A DNA stretch of 63,971 bases, filler included, from Reticulomyxa filosa (lineage: Eukaryota > Protista > Foraminifera), in the NCBI GenBank assembly GCA_000512085.1. It is 16 parts of 16 records of this genome, joined end to end, with 100 filler letters (N's around TTAATTAATTAA, not from the genome) between each part and the next. Parts side by side here need not be neighbours in the genome. Positions count along the whole stretch, not along the records: positions 48,596 to 52,400 come from ASPP01039985.1; positions 52,501 to 54,410 come from ASPP01008240.1; positions 54,511 to 55,849 come from ASPP01044314.1; positions 55,950 to 58,297 come from ASPP01005417.1; positions 58,398 to 59,655 come from ASPP01003170.1; positions 59,756 to 60,986 come from ASPP01014190.1; positions 61,087 to 62,545 come from ASPP01013099.1; positions 62,646 to 63,971 come from ASPP01012155.1; 8 more parts are not named here. The stretch is one strand, 5' to 3'. Positions 52,010-63,971 of this stretch are shown piece by piece. The notes under the pieces are model-generated. The model was given only the letters and a program-made list of their open reading frames with translations. It was not told the origin of the DNA and did not search any database. Both the position numbers and the translations under genes were made by a program. How positions within the stretch are numbered: position 1 is the first letter of the stretch; every line of letters begins with the position of its first letter.

Positions 52010-52400
52010 TGCGTCACTTAAGGCACTTCCATCTTTCAGTTGCTTTCCAGCAAAGAGTAATCGTTGTTGCTCTGGTAGGTGCTTCATTGTCTTGGATCTT
52101 ATCATTGTGTTCAACGTCTAATGTAATTGTTTTGCTGTCAATGTCTTCACGAAGCTATAGTTTTTTTTTTACTGAATTGGATTATAAAAATGTTTATAAA
52201 AACATGTACATCTTACATTTACACGGCACCGCCTCGTAATCGCAATACTAAATGCAATGTACTTTCTTTTTGGATGTTGTAGTCACTCAATGTTCAGCCA
52301 TATCTAATTGCTTTCAGGCAAAGATAAATCGTTGCTGCTATTGAGGAATGTCTTCTTTGTCTTGGATTTTAGCTTTTATATTTTGGGTCGTGTTGTTGGG
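52010..52400 (-). pseudogene. Polyubiquitin pseudogene (two partial units)
   Basis: NIKAKIQDKEDIPQ*QQRFIFA*KQL...[24 protein letters not shown] | intron 52216-52155 | FVKTLT...ITLDVE...PEQQRLLFAGKQLKDGSALSD. Contains premature stops and indels. Confidence 0.9.
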
Positions 52401-52523
52401 NNNNNNNNNNNNNNNNNNNNNNNNNNNNNNNNNNNNNNNNNNNNTTAATTAATTAANNNNNNNNNNNNNNNNNNNNNNNNNNNNNNNNNNNNNNNNNNNN
52501 AAAAAAAAAAAAAAAAAAAAAGA

Positions 52524-54410
52524 TCATTGTTGAAAGTAAGTGATGAACTGACGAAACAATTGGACATAGTAATCCCAACACTGTTTCGTTATAAGTACGA
52601 CATCAATCCCCAAGTTCGTTCGACAATGACCGATTTGTGGCGCTCGATTGTTAAAAATGACGAGGATGTTTACGTGAACAAATACTATCACATCATCATG
52701 AAGAACACCATCGAAGTTTTGTCTTTCTTCGTTTTTGTTTGATGCAACACAATCGCACAAAACAAAACTTGCATTGCGATGATTCAAAATAGGGCTTGCA
52801 GGCAAAGGAATGGCGAGTTCGTGCATCCTCACCTTTAGCAGCTGCAGATTTGGTGAGTGGACGACGAATGCCTGAATTAGGTATGTCATAACAATATAAA
52901 GAAATAAATTATTTATTTTATTTATTTATTTATTTATTTATTCACATTAAAAAAAAAAAAAAAAAAAAATAGAGCCATACTTTGGTGATTTGTGGCGCAA
53001 TTTATTTTATGTAATCGATGACGTAAACACAATGGTAAAGCGATCTGGAGGGCAAATGGCTTCGAAAATGATCAACTTAACGGAGCGCCTGGTAGACCCT
53101 TCCCAATCCCCGGTAAAGCATGTGGAAACGGCCTTGGCGATACTGGTCCCGATCCTTTTGGAAAAGGGTATCGAAGTGAAGGCGAAAATCGTCCAAGCGC
53201 TGGGCATTTACATTTTGGTAAAGATTTGCCAAAGGAGTGGACGATACTTGAGACCACATTTGGAAGGACTGATGAAAATTCTGTTGCAAGGACTGTCCAG
53301 TTTAGAGCCAGCCGAATTTATGTATTTGGCGACGCAGGACCACGGAGCCGAGTTTAGTGATAACGTGGAGAGTGCGCGTCTGCAATTCGCAAGGATGAAT
53401 CCTTTAAACGGTGCGTTGGACTCGTGCACACAGTTGTTGGACGAACAGAGTGTGGACAAGGTGTTGCCAGAATTAACCTCAATGATACGTGGCGGTGTAG
53501 GTATACGTATTTTAACACAAGACATACATATACATACATGTATATGCACATATAATGAAAAGGCTTAAACTCAATCAACGCTGCCTGCAATATATTAATT
53601 GAACTTTGTGGCCGCAAAGAGCTGTCAGAGGCATTACAAAAACACAGCAAACGCGTAATAAATGCCTTGTGCAATCAATTGCCGATTGCATCGAGTCCTC
53701 ATTTGCGACAATTGTATTGCAAATGCTTGGGTCATTGGTGCGCAATTTCAAAGAAGAAATATGTCGACCAGGTGACCGATATGGCTCAGTCGCTGTACTT
53801 TGACGACTCTTCGTCCAGCAAAACCGGAGACTCTGTTCCCGGCCGTCTCCTCAGTGGCATGCTCGTGTGTGATATTGGAAAGTACGGAGGGACGCTTATG
53901 CAAAAGTATCCCAAAGTCTTGGGCCTCGGATTGGTCGGCGTCTACGACTCCAACGACGAAGTGGCTAAAAAATGGACAGAAGCCATGGAAGAAAGCGGAG
54001 GCAGGCAAATGTTTGTGAGTCGTAATTTGGATATTGGTATTGAAATCATTTTGCAGTGTCTGCATGATCAGACCTATGAACGAAAATTGGTGTGTTTGTG
54101 TGTATATTTTTTGTATTCTTTTCAAATGAATATTATATACATGTATATATATATACATATATGTATATATATATGTATGTATATGTATATAGGCAGCAAT
54201 AAAGGCAATATCTGGATTAGTGCAAGTAGGCAGAGATGACTTGGACAAGAAATTACTTTCTCAATTGGTAGGGGAATTATCCGATTCATTGTCCGGTCGA
54301 ATTTGGGAAGGCAAAACAGAGCTCTTTTCTGCGCTAATTCACGTGTCCAAATACACCAAACAAGTTTTGGAGCCTCTCTTTTTTCCTAAATATATACATA
54401 TATACATATA
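52524..54410 (+). CDS. ECM29: Proteasome adaptor ECM29 (HEAT repeats), internal fragment
   Basis: VIPTLFRYKYDINPQVRSTMTDLWRSIV; KEWRVRASSPLAAADLVSGR; LFYVIDDVNTMVK; LLQGLSSLEP; LSGRIWEGKTELF. Confidence 0.9.
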
Positions 54411-54520
54411 NNNNNNNNNNNNNNNNNNNNNNNNNNNNNNNNNNNNNNNNNNNNTTAATTAATTAANNNNNNNNNNNNNNNNNNNNNNNNNNNNNNNNNN
54501 NNNNNNNNNNTTTATTCCTT

Positions 54521-54554
<34 letters not shown>

Positions 54555-54588
54555 TATCCCCAAACTTTGTTTTAATGATATCTCTTTA

Positions 54589-55849
54589 GTGACAAAGCTA
54601 CAAAAGCGACGGGCCAATGGCAATGTATTGGCAAAATTACAAAAAGTGGAGGAGTGGGACTTTGATGTGTTTGATATGGCGCAACTGTGTGGAAACTATA
54701 CGATGGCAGTTGTGTTTGGAGCAATCGTCGAAAAGAAGGGATTGTCGCAACAATACGGACTAAATGTGGAAAATATAGGCAATTTCTTTATGCAAATCGC
54801 GCAGGAGTATAAAAATAATCCTTATCATAATCACGTACACGGAATTGACGTATTGATCAATACCAACTACTTTTTGAAATGTAACATATTCGAAGGATTG
54901 AATGGCTTGGATGTGTTGGCGTGTTTGGTGAGTGCGGCTTGTCATGATGTGGGTCATCCGGGCAATAACAATCCCTTTGAAATCAATTTGGAAAGTCCAT
55001 TGGCAATTTGCTACAATGACGTCAGCGTGCTGGAAAACATGCACGCAGCAAAGACATGGGAGGTATTGAAACGACCAGGGTGCAATATTTTGGAAGGACG
55101 TTCACTTGTGGAACGGAGAAGATTCCGTTTTATTCTCATTGAGGCTATTTTGGCCACAGACATGAGCAAGCATAAACGACAGCAAGATATGCTTACCGAA
55201 TTGATTGATGCATTGAATGAAGCTGGGGTCGAATTGGAAATGTGGGGACTTACAGATTCGGATAATGATAATGATAATGATAATGATAATGATGGTGATG
55301 ATAATGATGATGATCAAGATCATCCCAATGATCCAGATGATCGGTCTAAGAATTTGCAACAAAACAAATATGCCTCTTCGCCTCCAAGTCAAGCCGGACA
55401 ACAACAACAGCCTCCTCGTGAACCGAGTGTCTTTGACAATAAACAAGAGTTGGCTGCTGTGTTAATTCCTTTGGCCGTACACACTGCCGATTTGAGCAAT
55501 CCTTCCAAGCCTTTGCGGTTGTATAAGAAATGGGCTGATTGTGTAATGAAAGAATTTTGGATGCAAGGCGATAAGGAAAAAGAGTGCGGATTGCCTGTGA
55601 CACAAGTGTGCGATCGCACCAAAACTGACTTGCCAACGTGCCAAACGGGATTCATTAATCATGTCATCAAACCTTGGTTTGAAATATGGGCACGATTATT
55701 GCCCGAAAAATTTGCGGGGCCTTTGTTTTTGAAAAATGTCAATGTTAATCTCGATTTTATGAAGAAAGAGTTGGAGAAAATTAAAATGGAAAAAGAAGCG
55801 GCTACTGCTGGCTCTAATACTACAGCAACGATCAATACAACAACAACAA
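54589..55849 (+). CDS. Class I 3',5'-cyclic nucleotide phosphodiesterase catalytic domain, partial
   Basis: NPYHNHVHGIDV, ACHDVGHPGNNN, YNDVSVLENMH, ILATDMSKH, HTADLSNPSKP, EFWMQGDKEK, QTGFINHVIKPWF. D/N-rich insertion from a GATAAT repeat at about 55258-55330. Confidence 0.96.
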
Positions 55850-55949
55850 NNNNNNNNNNNNNNNNNNNNNNNNNNNNNNNNNNNNNNNNNNNNTTAATTA
55901 ATTAANNNNNNNNNNNNNNNNNNNNNNNNNNNNNNNNNNNNNNNNNNNN

Positions 55950-58260
55950 ATTCATTCGCGTCTTTTTTTTTTTTTTTTTGTAATATGGATAAAGACTCAT
56001 ATTTGTTTCAGAACAGTGTTGGTGCAGCGACTGGTGATTACTCCTTGCTCATCGTGAAGAAGGTCCCATGCCATCTCCAAGTCATGAAATTGTTGCAACT
56101 CCACCAGTTTGCAATAGGAACTCAACATTTGTTCGGTGTTGCATTGTTGGCCGTTGGTAAGACTCTGAATCCATTCACTTTTGCCGCGGGCAATGACGGC
56201 GTCGAATTCGTATTGATTTTGTTGTTGCAATGCTCGCAACGACTGATAGACTGCACTGTGAAACGCATTGTTGTTCTTTTGTCCTTCGATCTCAAAGGCG
56301 GACGTGGTATTCAGCGCACTCCAAACCTCGGTTTGGAGTGGAGGCAGGTCCCATTGCTGCGATCTCCACGCACTTTCGTAGTACATTTCTCCGAGGTCCA
56401 CGCGATTGGTGCTTTTCATATGCTGCAAGTGTGCAAATAGCATATTGTAGCAGCCGTTCGAATTGAGGACACGCGCTAAGCCTTTTTGATGTCTTGCATT
56501 TGTGATGTGTGAGACAGCCAATTTCATTTTTTGTTTTTATTTTAACATTTTTTTTTATATAATTTTTTTTTTTAAATCCAAACAATGATAACTCCAAAGA
56601 TATTTCCATCAATGTGTCATGTCCCAACAACGCATAAGCAAATTGCTGCTCGTACTCTGCCTTCAAGACGTCACTTTCCATGTTGTCATTGCAAACATTT
56701 CGATTCAGCACCCCATAAATTCCGTCTTTGTCTGTGCTTTGCCGATAGCATGATATCAATACATTTTGACATCTTTGTAAATCTTCTACGTATATACATA
56801 ATATATATATATATACGTATACATATATATATATATGTATATTATTTATTTATTTATTTTTCTTTGAGGTTGCTTTTGCTTCATGACATCACTATGCAAA
56901 TATCACTCTAAAAAAAAATGTTACATGGCATTCACATATGTATATACGTATAAAAAGTGTATGTATGCACAAATTCAAAGACGAACTTTGCGGTGGCAAT
57001 TTGTGCTTTGCGATAGAATCCCACTGGGAATACTTGGCACTCAAAACGTCACATAAAGGAACTCGATGACCAAATTGGTGCGCGCACCACATCTCAGCGA
57101 AATAGATGCCAGAGTCAGCGTAGCCGTATTTGCAGGCCCACTCGGCGACGCTGAGCAGATCCAAATGGGCAAAGAAAACGTCCCCCGAGCAAATCCAAGA
57201 CCATTCGAATATCTGCTCTTTCCACGGCAGAGTCGATTTGGTTTGGTAGTAAGATTTCGACTCTTCGCTTGTGGAGCTGTCGTTCCGATTCGAAAGCACT
57301 GGATGTTGTTGCGATTCAATTTCTTTGCGAATGTGTTGCAACACGGTGAGCACTAGTTCAATGATCTGTCCATTTTTGTTTAGAACAACAATAATGAATA
57401 GATATATGTATATACAATATAACAAGTTACTGTTTCAATTGCATGCCAATCCCAATACATACATGCATATGTATGTATATGTACCGTACCTGCTTTGGCA
57501 AAACATTTTTAGTTGTGAGTAAGGAGTTGATGCCTTGGGCCATTTCTACGGAGATTTTCTTCCAGGATGTCTGATTGTTGGACTGACTGCAAATGGTTTC
57601 GGAGATAATCCACGGGAAGATCAACTGGGCAAAGTCCGGACACAACAGACATACCACATTGCATGACCTAATGATCGAGTGCTCAGCGTTGCTCTTCAAT
57701 TTTTCGGTGATAAGGAAATACGACAAGTGCGAAATCCACGTTTCAAAGGAGCTGTCCGGATCAAATTGCCATGGTTCCCGTTCATTCAAATATGTTTGTG
57801 CTTGTTGATGCAATGACATTATTTCATTTGCTTATTATACGTATAAACAAATAATTTTTTGATCAGTCAGACAAAAAAAAAAAAAAAAAAAAACTACACA
57901 CAACGAAACATGCTCCAAAGTTGATAGACGATTTTTTGGTGCATTTTAAAGCATTCATCCATTGCTTATCGTGATCGGATAAAACAGAGTAAGCGTCTTG
58001 CCCACAAGAGTGTTGAAAGATGGCGACTAAAGTGAAATGTGCGATCAGTGTGACAATGCCACGCTCGTCGAACATATAGTCGCCAAGACATTCCAAAATG
58101 AACTTATTGCGAGTATTGTACTTGGCGCTCTCTCCGACGGGCTCCACTTCCGTGCTCTTCGACTTACTCATGACATCGACACGTCGCAGGGCTTTATATT
58201 CATTGAAAGTCGATGGGTGCATCAATCCAAGGTGCGACAGGCATTCCACGGCTAATTGTG
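55950..58260 (-). CDS. ATM: ATM/Tel1-like PIKK, HEAT-FAT region fragment, multi-exon
   Basis: LCPDFAQLIFPWII; LDLLSVAEWACKYGYADSGIYFAEMW; YRQSTDKDGIYG; MYYESAWRSQQWD; FHSAVYQSLRAL. These follow the order of the ATM FAT domain. Confidence 0.8.
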
Positions 58261-58777
58261 AAATTGTTCCTCCTTTTTTTTTTTTTTTTTTTTTTTTNNN
58301 NNNNNNNNNNNNNNNNNNNNNNNNNNNNNNNNNNNNNNNNNTTAATTAATTAANNNNNNNNNNNNNNNNNNNNNNNNNNNNNNNNNNNNNNNNNNNNCTC
58401 TTTGTCGCAATTTCATATTATTCCTTTTTTTTTTGTGAACAGGTCACACCAAAAGTTCAAGAAGGAATGCACTAGTTAATACAGCTATCTTAATGAAAAT
58501 TAATTTCCATTTAATTGGCTTTTACACCAATTACTACTTGTTCACACAAAAGACGAGAAATTGTTAACAAGCACGACTGTACATAAAATGTAGTAAATAA
58601 TCAAAGTTCCATCTTTCGTCACACAACATAAATGAAGACATGTAATTTTAACTTTTTTTACAGAATATGGATGCCACGAAGACTGTGGATTAAGCAAAAC
58701 AGGGGGGGGGAGGGGTCGTGCGATCAGTTTGCGAATTTTCAGTGCGGAAGCCGATTTTCGTGAGCATATTGGCTAAA

Positions 58778-59611
58778 ATGATGACCTGCAATACTCTTTA
58801 CGACGCCATTGTAGGTGGTGATTTTGCAGCGACAAAAGATCTGTTATGTAAAACTGGGTCGTTGGTAAATGAAGTGTTGGGCGAAAACGAAGACAGTGCG
58901 TTGACACTGTCGTTACGTTTGGGCCGAGCCGAAATAGCGAGTTACTTATTAACATACAAGAACGTGGACATAAATTACCGAAACAAAGAAGGAAAGGCGA
59001 GTTTGTATTACTGCATGGCCAAATTGCAAGACGAAAAAGTATCAGAAGAGATGCTAAACATATTGCGGCAAATGGTGATAACAATTGGTGGTTGTAACAT
59101 AAATGAACGATTGATAATCCAACGCAAGGAAGAAAATAAAACGAAGGAAGAGAACAACAACAACAACAATGGTGATGATGATGATGATGATGATGATGAC
59201 TCAGATTATCCAATTCAATTTGCTGTAAAGCATGGACAAAGTGAGGCGTTGCGAATATTATTTGAAAGTGAACATCCATTGCTGAACGTGAATGTGACGA
59301 CAGTGCAGCGACGTCAGAGCGTGTTGCATCTAATCGTACACAAGCGATCATTAGCATTGCTGCACCAATTCATGCTCCTGTTGTCCACGTCGAACAAGCA
59401 GACATTGGACTTGGATGCATTGGACTGCGACGGACATACGGCGTTATATAAGTCAGTGCTGCTGTGTCAATACGCAATAGCAAATGCTTTGTGCCAGTTC
59501 GGTGCCAATGCAAACGTTCCTTGCGGACCACTCCGACAGACTATTGCACACCTTATCTTCCAATCCTGGCCAGACAGTTTCAATCAATCAATCAATCAAT
59601 CAACCAACTGA
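58778..59611 (+). CDS. Ankyrin-repeat protein, partial
   Basis: DSALTLSLRLGRAEIASYLL...VDINYRNKEGKASLYY; YPIQFAVKHGQSEALRILF; DCDGHTALYKSV...LCQFGANAN. Confidence 0.88.
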   Translation: MMTCNTLYDAIVGGDFAATKDLLCKTGSLVNEVLGENEDSALTLSLRLGRAEIASYLLTYKNVDINYRNKEGKASLYYCMAKLQDEKVSEEMLNILRQMVITIGGCNINERLIIQRKEENKTKEENNNNNNGDDDDDDDDDSDYPIQFAVKHGQSEALRILFESEHPLLNVNVTTVQRRQSVLHLIVHKRSLALLHQFMLLLSTSNKQTLDLDALDCDGHTALYKSVLLCQYAIANALCQFGANANVPCGPLRQTIAHLIFQSWPDSFNQSINQSTN

Positions 59612-59760
59612 TAACAATGGAACAATAATTAATTATAATAATAAATATATATATANNNNNNNNNNNNNNNNNNNNNNNNNNNNNNNNNNNNNNNNNNNNT
59701 TAATTAATTAANNNNNNNNNNNNNNNNNNNNNNNNNNNNNNNNNNNNNNNNNNNNCCCCC

Positions 59761-59792
<32 letters not shown>

Positions 59793-59799
59793 TTTGAAA

Positions 59800-60751
59800 T
59801 CAACATACCTCAAACAATTGTTCAAGAACCCAATACTTCTGTGATTGATCCAAGTAGTGTATAACATAAGTGAAGAAGTTGTTAATGTGGACTAACTGCT
59901 CCTCGTTGACCCTTGTTTGTGATTCGGGATTGGATGTTGGAGTGTGGGATAAAGACGGACGAGTTTTGTTCGACTGAGTGTCCTGGTTGATGGCCATCAA
60001 CAGTAGTTGAAAGCCTCCGATGCTCCCAAAGTATTCTACTAAATGAAGATACATGAAATGGATTTTGTCCAAAACGCTTTCGTCATTGACTATCCAGTTC
60101 CCCATAATATTCATCATCACTGTGTCTTTGTCCATTGGAAATGTTCGAGTCATATTGGGGATGTAAAGTGAATGCTGGTGATTAAATATTTCTGCCATTA
60201 TCTTTTTTTTTTTTTTTTTTCCATCAGTTTTTAAAAGAAAAAAAAATTTGCACAGAGAAGAAAAAGTTGAAAATAACTGAAAAAAATTTGGGATTGTAAT
60301 GTAACCCCAATTGAAAAATGACATCGACGACAAATTTAAAAAATGATACAATTTGAAAGACCAAGCATTCCCTCGCTCGCATATCTCCCAGGTTTCTTTT
60401 GCTGTCTCGGAATACCGTTCGAGACCCGTTTGCGTCCAAGATCCATTGTCGAAAAATTTGGTCGGTGTGGCTGCTATTTTTGTTGGGAGAGCGTGGCGCC
60501 ATCTCCAATGACAGACTTCTGAAACTGTCCAACTCACTCTTGTCACAGCTCGATAAGTCCAATGTCACCAGCTTTCGTATCGATTGCTCGAGTACTCCGT
60601 CCAACAGATAGTCCCAATCCTGTTTACATGTCATAAAATCTGTCTGGACGCATTCACTTACTTCCCCTTTCATTGCTTCGTTCCACTTGTCGTGCTTGGG
60701 TGTTCCCCCTATCTGCTTTCTTGGACTGTTACCGGTCTTTTCTTTTTTCAT
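59800..60751 (-). CDS. Hypothetical protein fragment, possibly a USP9X/24/34-like N-terminal region
   Basis: Two exon-like blocks. LVEYFGSIGGFQLLLMAI resembles the linxFgxxgGFxxl motif of large USP N-termini. Weak. Confidence 0.35.
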
Positions 60752-62645
60752 TTTGCTCTCGTCTTCATTTCTTGCTTGATTTTGTAATCTCTCTTCTTTT
60801 TTGTACCAGTCCTTTTTGTTTTATTTTATTTTATTTTATTTTGTTTTGTTTTGCTTTATTTGTTTCTTTTGATGTCATTTTCGAAAACAAAAAAACTCTG
60901 ATTCAAGTGTTGTAAGCAACTCTTCCCCTTCCCTCTCCTTTTTTTTTTTTTTTTTTGCTCTTCAACTACTACTTCAAAAAAAAAATNNNNNNNNNNNNNN
61001 NNNNNNNNNNNNNNNNNNNNNNNNNNNNNNTTAATTAATTAANNNNNNNNNNNNNNNNNNNNNNNNNNNNNNNNNNNNNNNNNNNNCCAAAAAAAAAAAA
61101 AAAAAATTCAGTGAAAAAGATATTCTCAAATTTTTTTTTTTTTCATCCATGAAAATTCTTCTAATGGTTCATACTCACCAAGTGCCTAAAATTATTTGAA
61201 GATTTCAAAAAAATTTTTGTGTATTGCTATATTTCATAACAATTAATATACCTTTTTTTCAAAGATATTCACACATCATTCTCACTTACTATATACTCAA
61301 ACGCTTTTTTAGCTTTTTCAAGTGTTTCTCAAAACAGCCAATAACATTCAAGTATCACAAAGCCAAGTCGGATAAAAAAAAGACATAAAAAATTTCAAAC
61401 AACTATTTCAATAATTAAATTATGAACATCATATGGCATAACTACATAACAAAAGTAAAACATTCAAAAGGGTAATTTTTGATTTTTTTTTCTTTTGGCT
61501 ACTTTTATTTGACATTTAATAAAAACTATTTTAATTTAAATAATACTGGTGGTCGCAGAAACATGAAGCATGAAAAATGACACTTTGAATATTATTAATT
61601 TATATATTTTGTTGAAGATCATTATTTTAAAAATGTGTCAATTACGTGCCAATTTCTGAACTTGCTGATATTAATTTAGAAAGTGAAAGTGTTAAAATTT
61701 TTGAAATTAGTTTATATTTCAATTTGTTCTTTTCAATAAAAATATAATATGTGTTTAGACAAACAATTTTCTAAGTGTTGCTTTTTCTATTGAATAAATT
61801 ATGTTTCTAACGTTAAAACGCAAAATTAATTAATTTTTATGTTAGCTTAGTCACGAGAAGATAAGTAAATTTAGGCTACTGAAAAGGGATTGTGTAATTT
61901 ATCTTTCATACAAAGAGTTGTCATAAATTAATTCAAAAAAAAAGAAATTTTTCATTATCACAATTTTGTAATAAACAAAATGTAAAATTAGTTAAAAACA
62001 CATCATACATTTCAAATTTGAAAACACAAATTATTTTTTTGGTTAATGATTGCAGGAACAGTAAGTGAAATTAAATGCAATACAAGGTGACTTTAATAAA
62101 AGTAAACGAATTAAATAAAAAATTAAAAGATAAAGACAAAACTTTTGATGGAAGTGAAGTAAAAAATTTTGAGACAAGGTTCAAATCCGTTCTCACTTTA
62201 ATAACAATTGGCAGTATATTACTCTATGATCTTGCAATGAGCTGATATTGAATTGTATTCATCGTAGAAGAATTCTGATTACAGATTCGGATTCCCCAAG
62301 ATCTCTAGTATATATAAATAAAAAAATCATGATTGAATTTTGATTATTGAATTTTATTGACTCAATGATGTCGCAGCCTATTCGAATGTAAAAAGTAAGC
62401 TTAATGAAAAAACGGGTTTTTATTGATGATAGAGATTTCAAAATGGATTTTTTGTTTCATATTCGGATTCTCCATGAAAAATTGCACTAGAAAATACTTT
62501 TTATCTTTTATAAATATCAATAGTCTATTAGCATTGGAATTCGAANNNNNNNNNNNNNNNNNNNNNNNNNNNNNNNNNNNNNNNNNNNNTTAATTAATTA
62601 ANNNNNNNNNNNNNNNNNNNNNNNNNNNNNNNNNNNNNNNNNNNN

Positions 62646-63930
62646 GGGGGGAGGAGAGAGAGAGAAGAAAAAAAAAAAAAGGGCATGAAATCCATGACGG
62701 TCAGATTGTGCAGTGTTTGCAATTGGCAAATGGGATACGATTCGATCAACTCGCGATCAATCAAAGCGCCACCCATTTTTCTCTTGGGAGACGAAGTATA
62801 GGGATTGGGTGTGGCGATGAACAGGATTTCGACAAACAAAAGGAGCAACAGCACACCCATTAGTCCCACAAACAACCGTGACGGAAAGAAGTTATGCGTG
62901 GTGCTCAGCAATACTATGTCGTCCCATCGAAGTTCAATCAGCGTCATGTGCGTTATTTTTGGTTTTGTTATTGTTGTTGTCGCTATCGCTGTCGTTGTCG
63001 TTGTCGTTGTCGCTATCTTTTTCTTTTCCTCTTCTTTGTCTTCAGCTCCCTCTTTTTTTTCGTCCTCTTCTTTTTTTTCATCCTCCATGGCGAAATATTT
63101 TTTCTTGTCATTTTCAATCTCTCTCGTATTTGTATCTGTAAAAAGACTACATGTATGTACATCACAAGAGCAAAGAGAGAAAGGAGAGTGTAGAACCCCA
63201 CTTTAATACTAGCATTCGTCACAACAACAAACAAGTTTGAATATAATTGGCTATCCTCTCTATTACCTGTCTTCCTGTTGAATATACTTACAACAACGAC
63301 CCTGTTCACTTTCGATCTTCGATACATCCACTTCCAGTTGCCTGTTATTTGTTTATTCAAATAAACAAATAAATTGCACATGTGCATATTTATGCGTACA
63401 TATGTATTGCATGTTGGATCAGTATACGTCCTAATGTACCTGTACACGGGATTGGTCCATTTCTTCACAGAGCTGGCTTGTATGACGAAAGCGCCACTCA
63501 GGATCTTGTGAATGTCACTCTTCGCTCCATTGCGGATGGAGATGCACGACACGCACAAATACAAGCGCAGAAAGCCCCATAGATGCAGAACAAAGGACCA
63601 GAATTTGGACGTGGTGGACATATTCAGTTTGTCTGGTTTGTATATTTTGTTGCCTGTCAGAATAAACGAATACCATAGCATCATGACGCCACCAAAGATC
63701 CACCACTTTCTTTTGGAACTGGAAAGGCCGATCACAGTCAGAATCAGCCCGATCACAAACACGCCAGACAAGAATACCACGCGAGCTGACCATTCCAGTT
63801 TCTCCAAAAACGACTTGCGACATCCCACCAACGTATCAATCACTTCGATCAGCAGGTATCCCAGTCCCCACACGAATGCGCATATCACCATCAGACTCAA
63901 CACTATCTGCCAAAACTGTCCATCTGACAA
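62646..63930 (-). CDS. Multi-pass membrane protein fragment, multi-exon
   Basis: Several hydrophobic helices (FWQIVLSLMVICAFVWGLGYLLIEV; VVFLSGVFVIGLILTVIGL; LFVGLMGVLLLLLFVEILFIA). No family recognised. Confidence 0.6.
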
Positions 63931-63931
63931 C

Positions 63932-63971
<40 letters not shown>

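Noticed and set aside
12870-52320. TGA reassignment (in-frame TGA in the retroelement, GPS remnants and ubiquitin; several intact genes end in TAA)
   Set aside because: Conserved long genes have no internal TGA and use TGG and TGY normally. The pseudogenes also contain TAA/TAG stops and frameshifts.
5649-62645. Regularly recurring TTAATTAATTAA flanked by N runs, superficially like a repeat array
   Set aside because: Artificial six-frame-stop linker. ORF ends reading XXXXLIN are artefacts, and gene neighbourhood across linkers is not real.

Overview
This is AT-rich, intron-containing eukaryotic DNA. It consists of 16 unrelated contigs joined by 15 artificial 100-nt linkers (N44-TTAATTAATTAA-N44), so adjacency across a linker means nothing. 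A decayed polyubiquitin has an extra Ala at the monomer junction (LRLRGG-A-x), the Rhizaria signature. Together with the poly-A/T and TA-repeat introns and many pseudogenes, this suggests a foraminiferan such as Reticulomyxa (inference). Host genes or fragments: V-ATPase subunit A, p23-like co-chaperone, dual-specificity phosphatase, ubiquitin-activating E1, TAF1B/Rrn7, TMEM256/DUF423, nocturnin/CCR4-like EEP enzyme, midasin, ECM29, class I PDE, ATM-like kinase and an ankyrin protein, plus a decayed PKD/REJ-GPS-like gene. The main finding is contig 5749-13612. It is an intronless CRE/SLACS-like non-LTR retrotransposon whose roughly 2,600-codon minus-strand reading frame (broken by one TGA and several 1-nt shifts) carries a full-length but apparently ATPase-dead kinesin motor domain upstream of the zinc fingers and reverse transcriptase. 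The second finding is a decayed Penelope-like element (about 44700-47150) with a GIY-YIG-like remnant and a minimal type I hammerhead ribozyme motif at 46445-46514. All family assignments come from motif recognition by eye; no searches were run.
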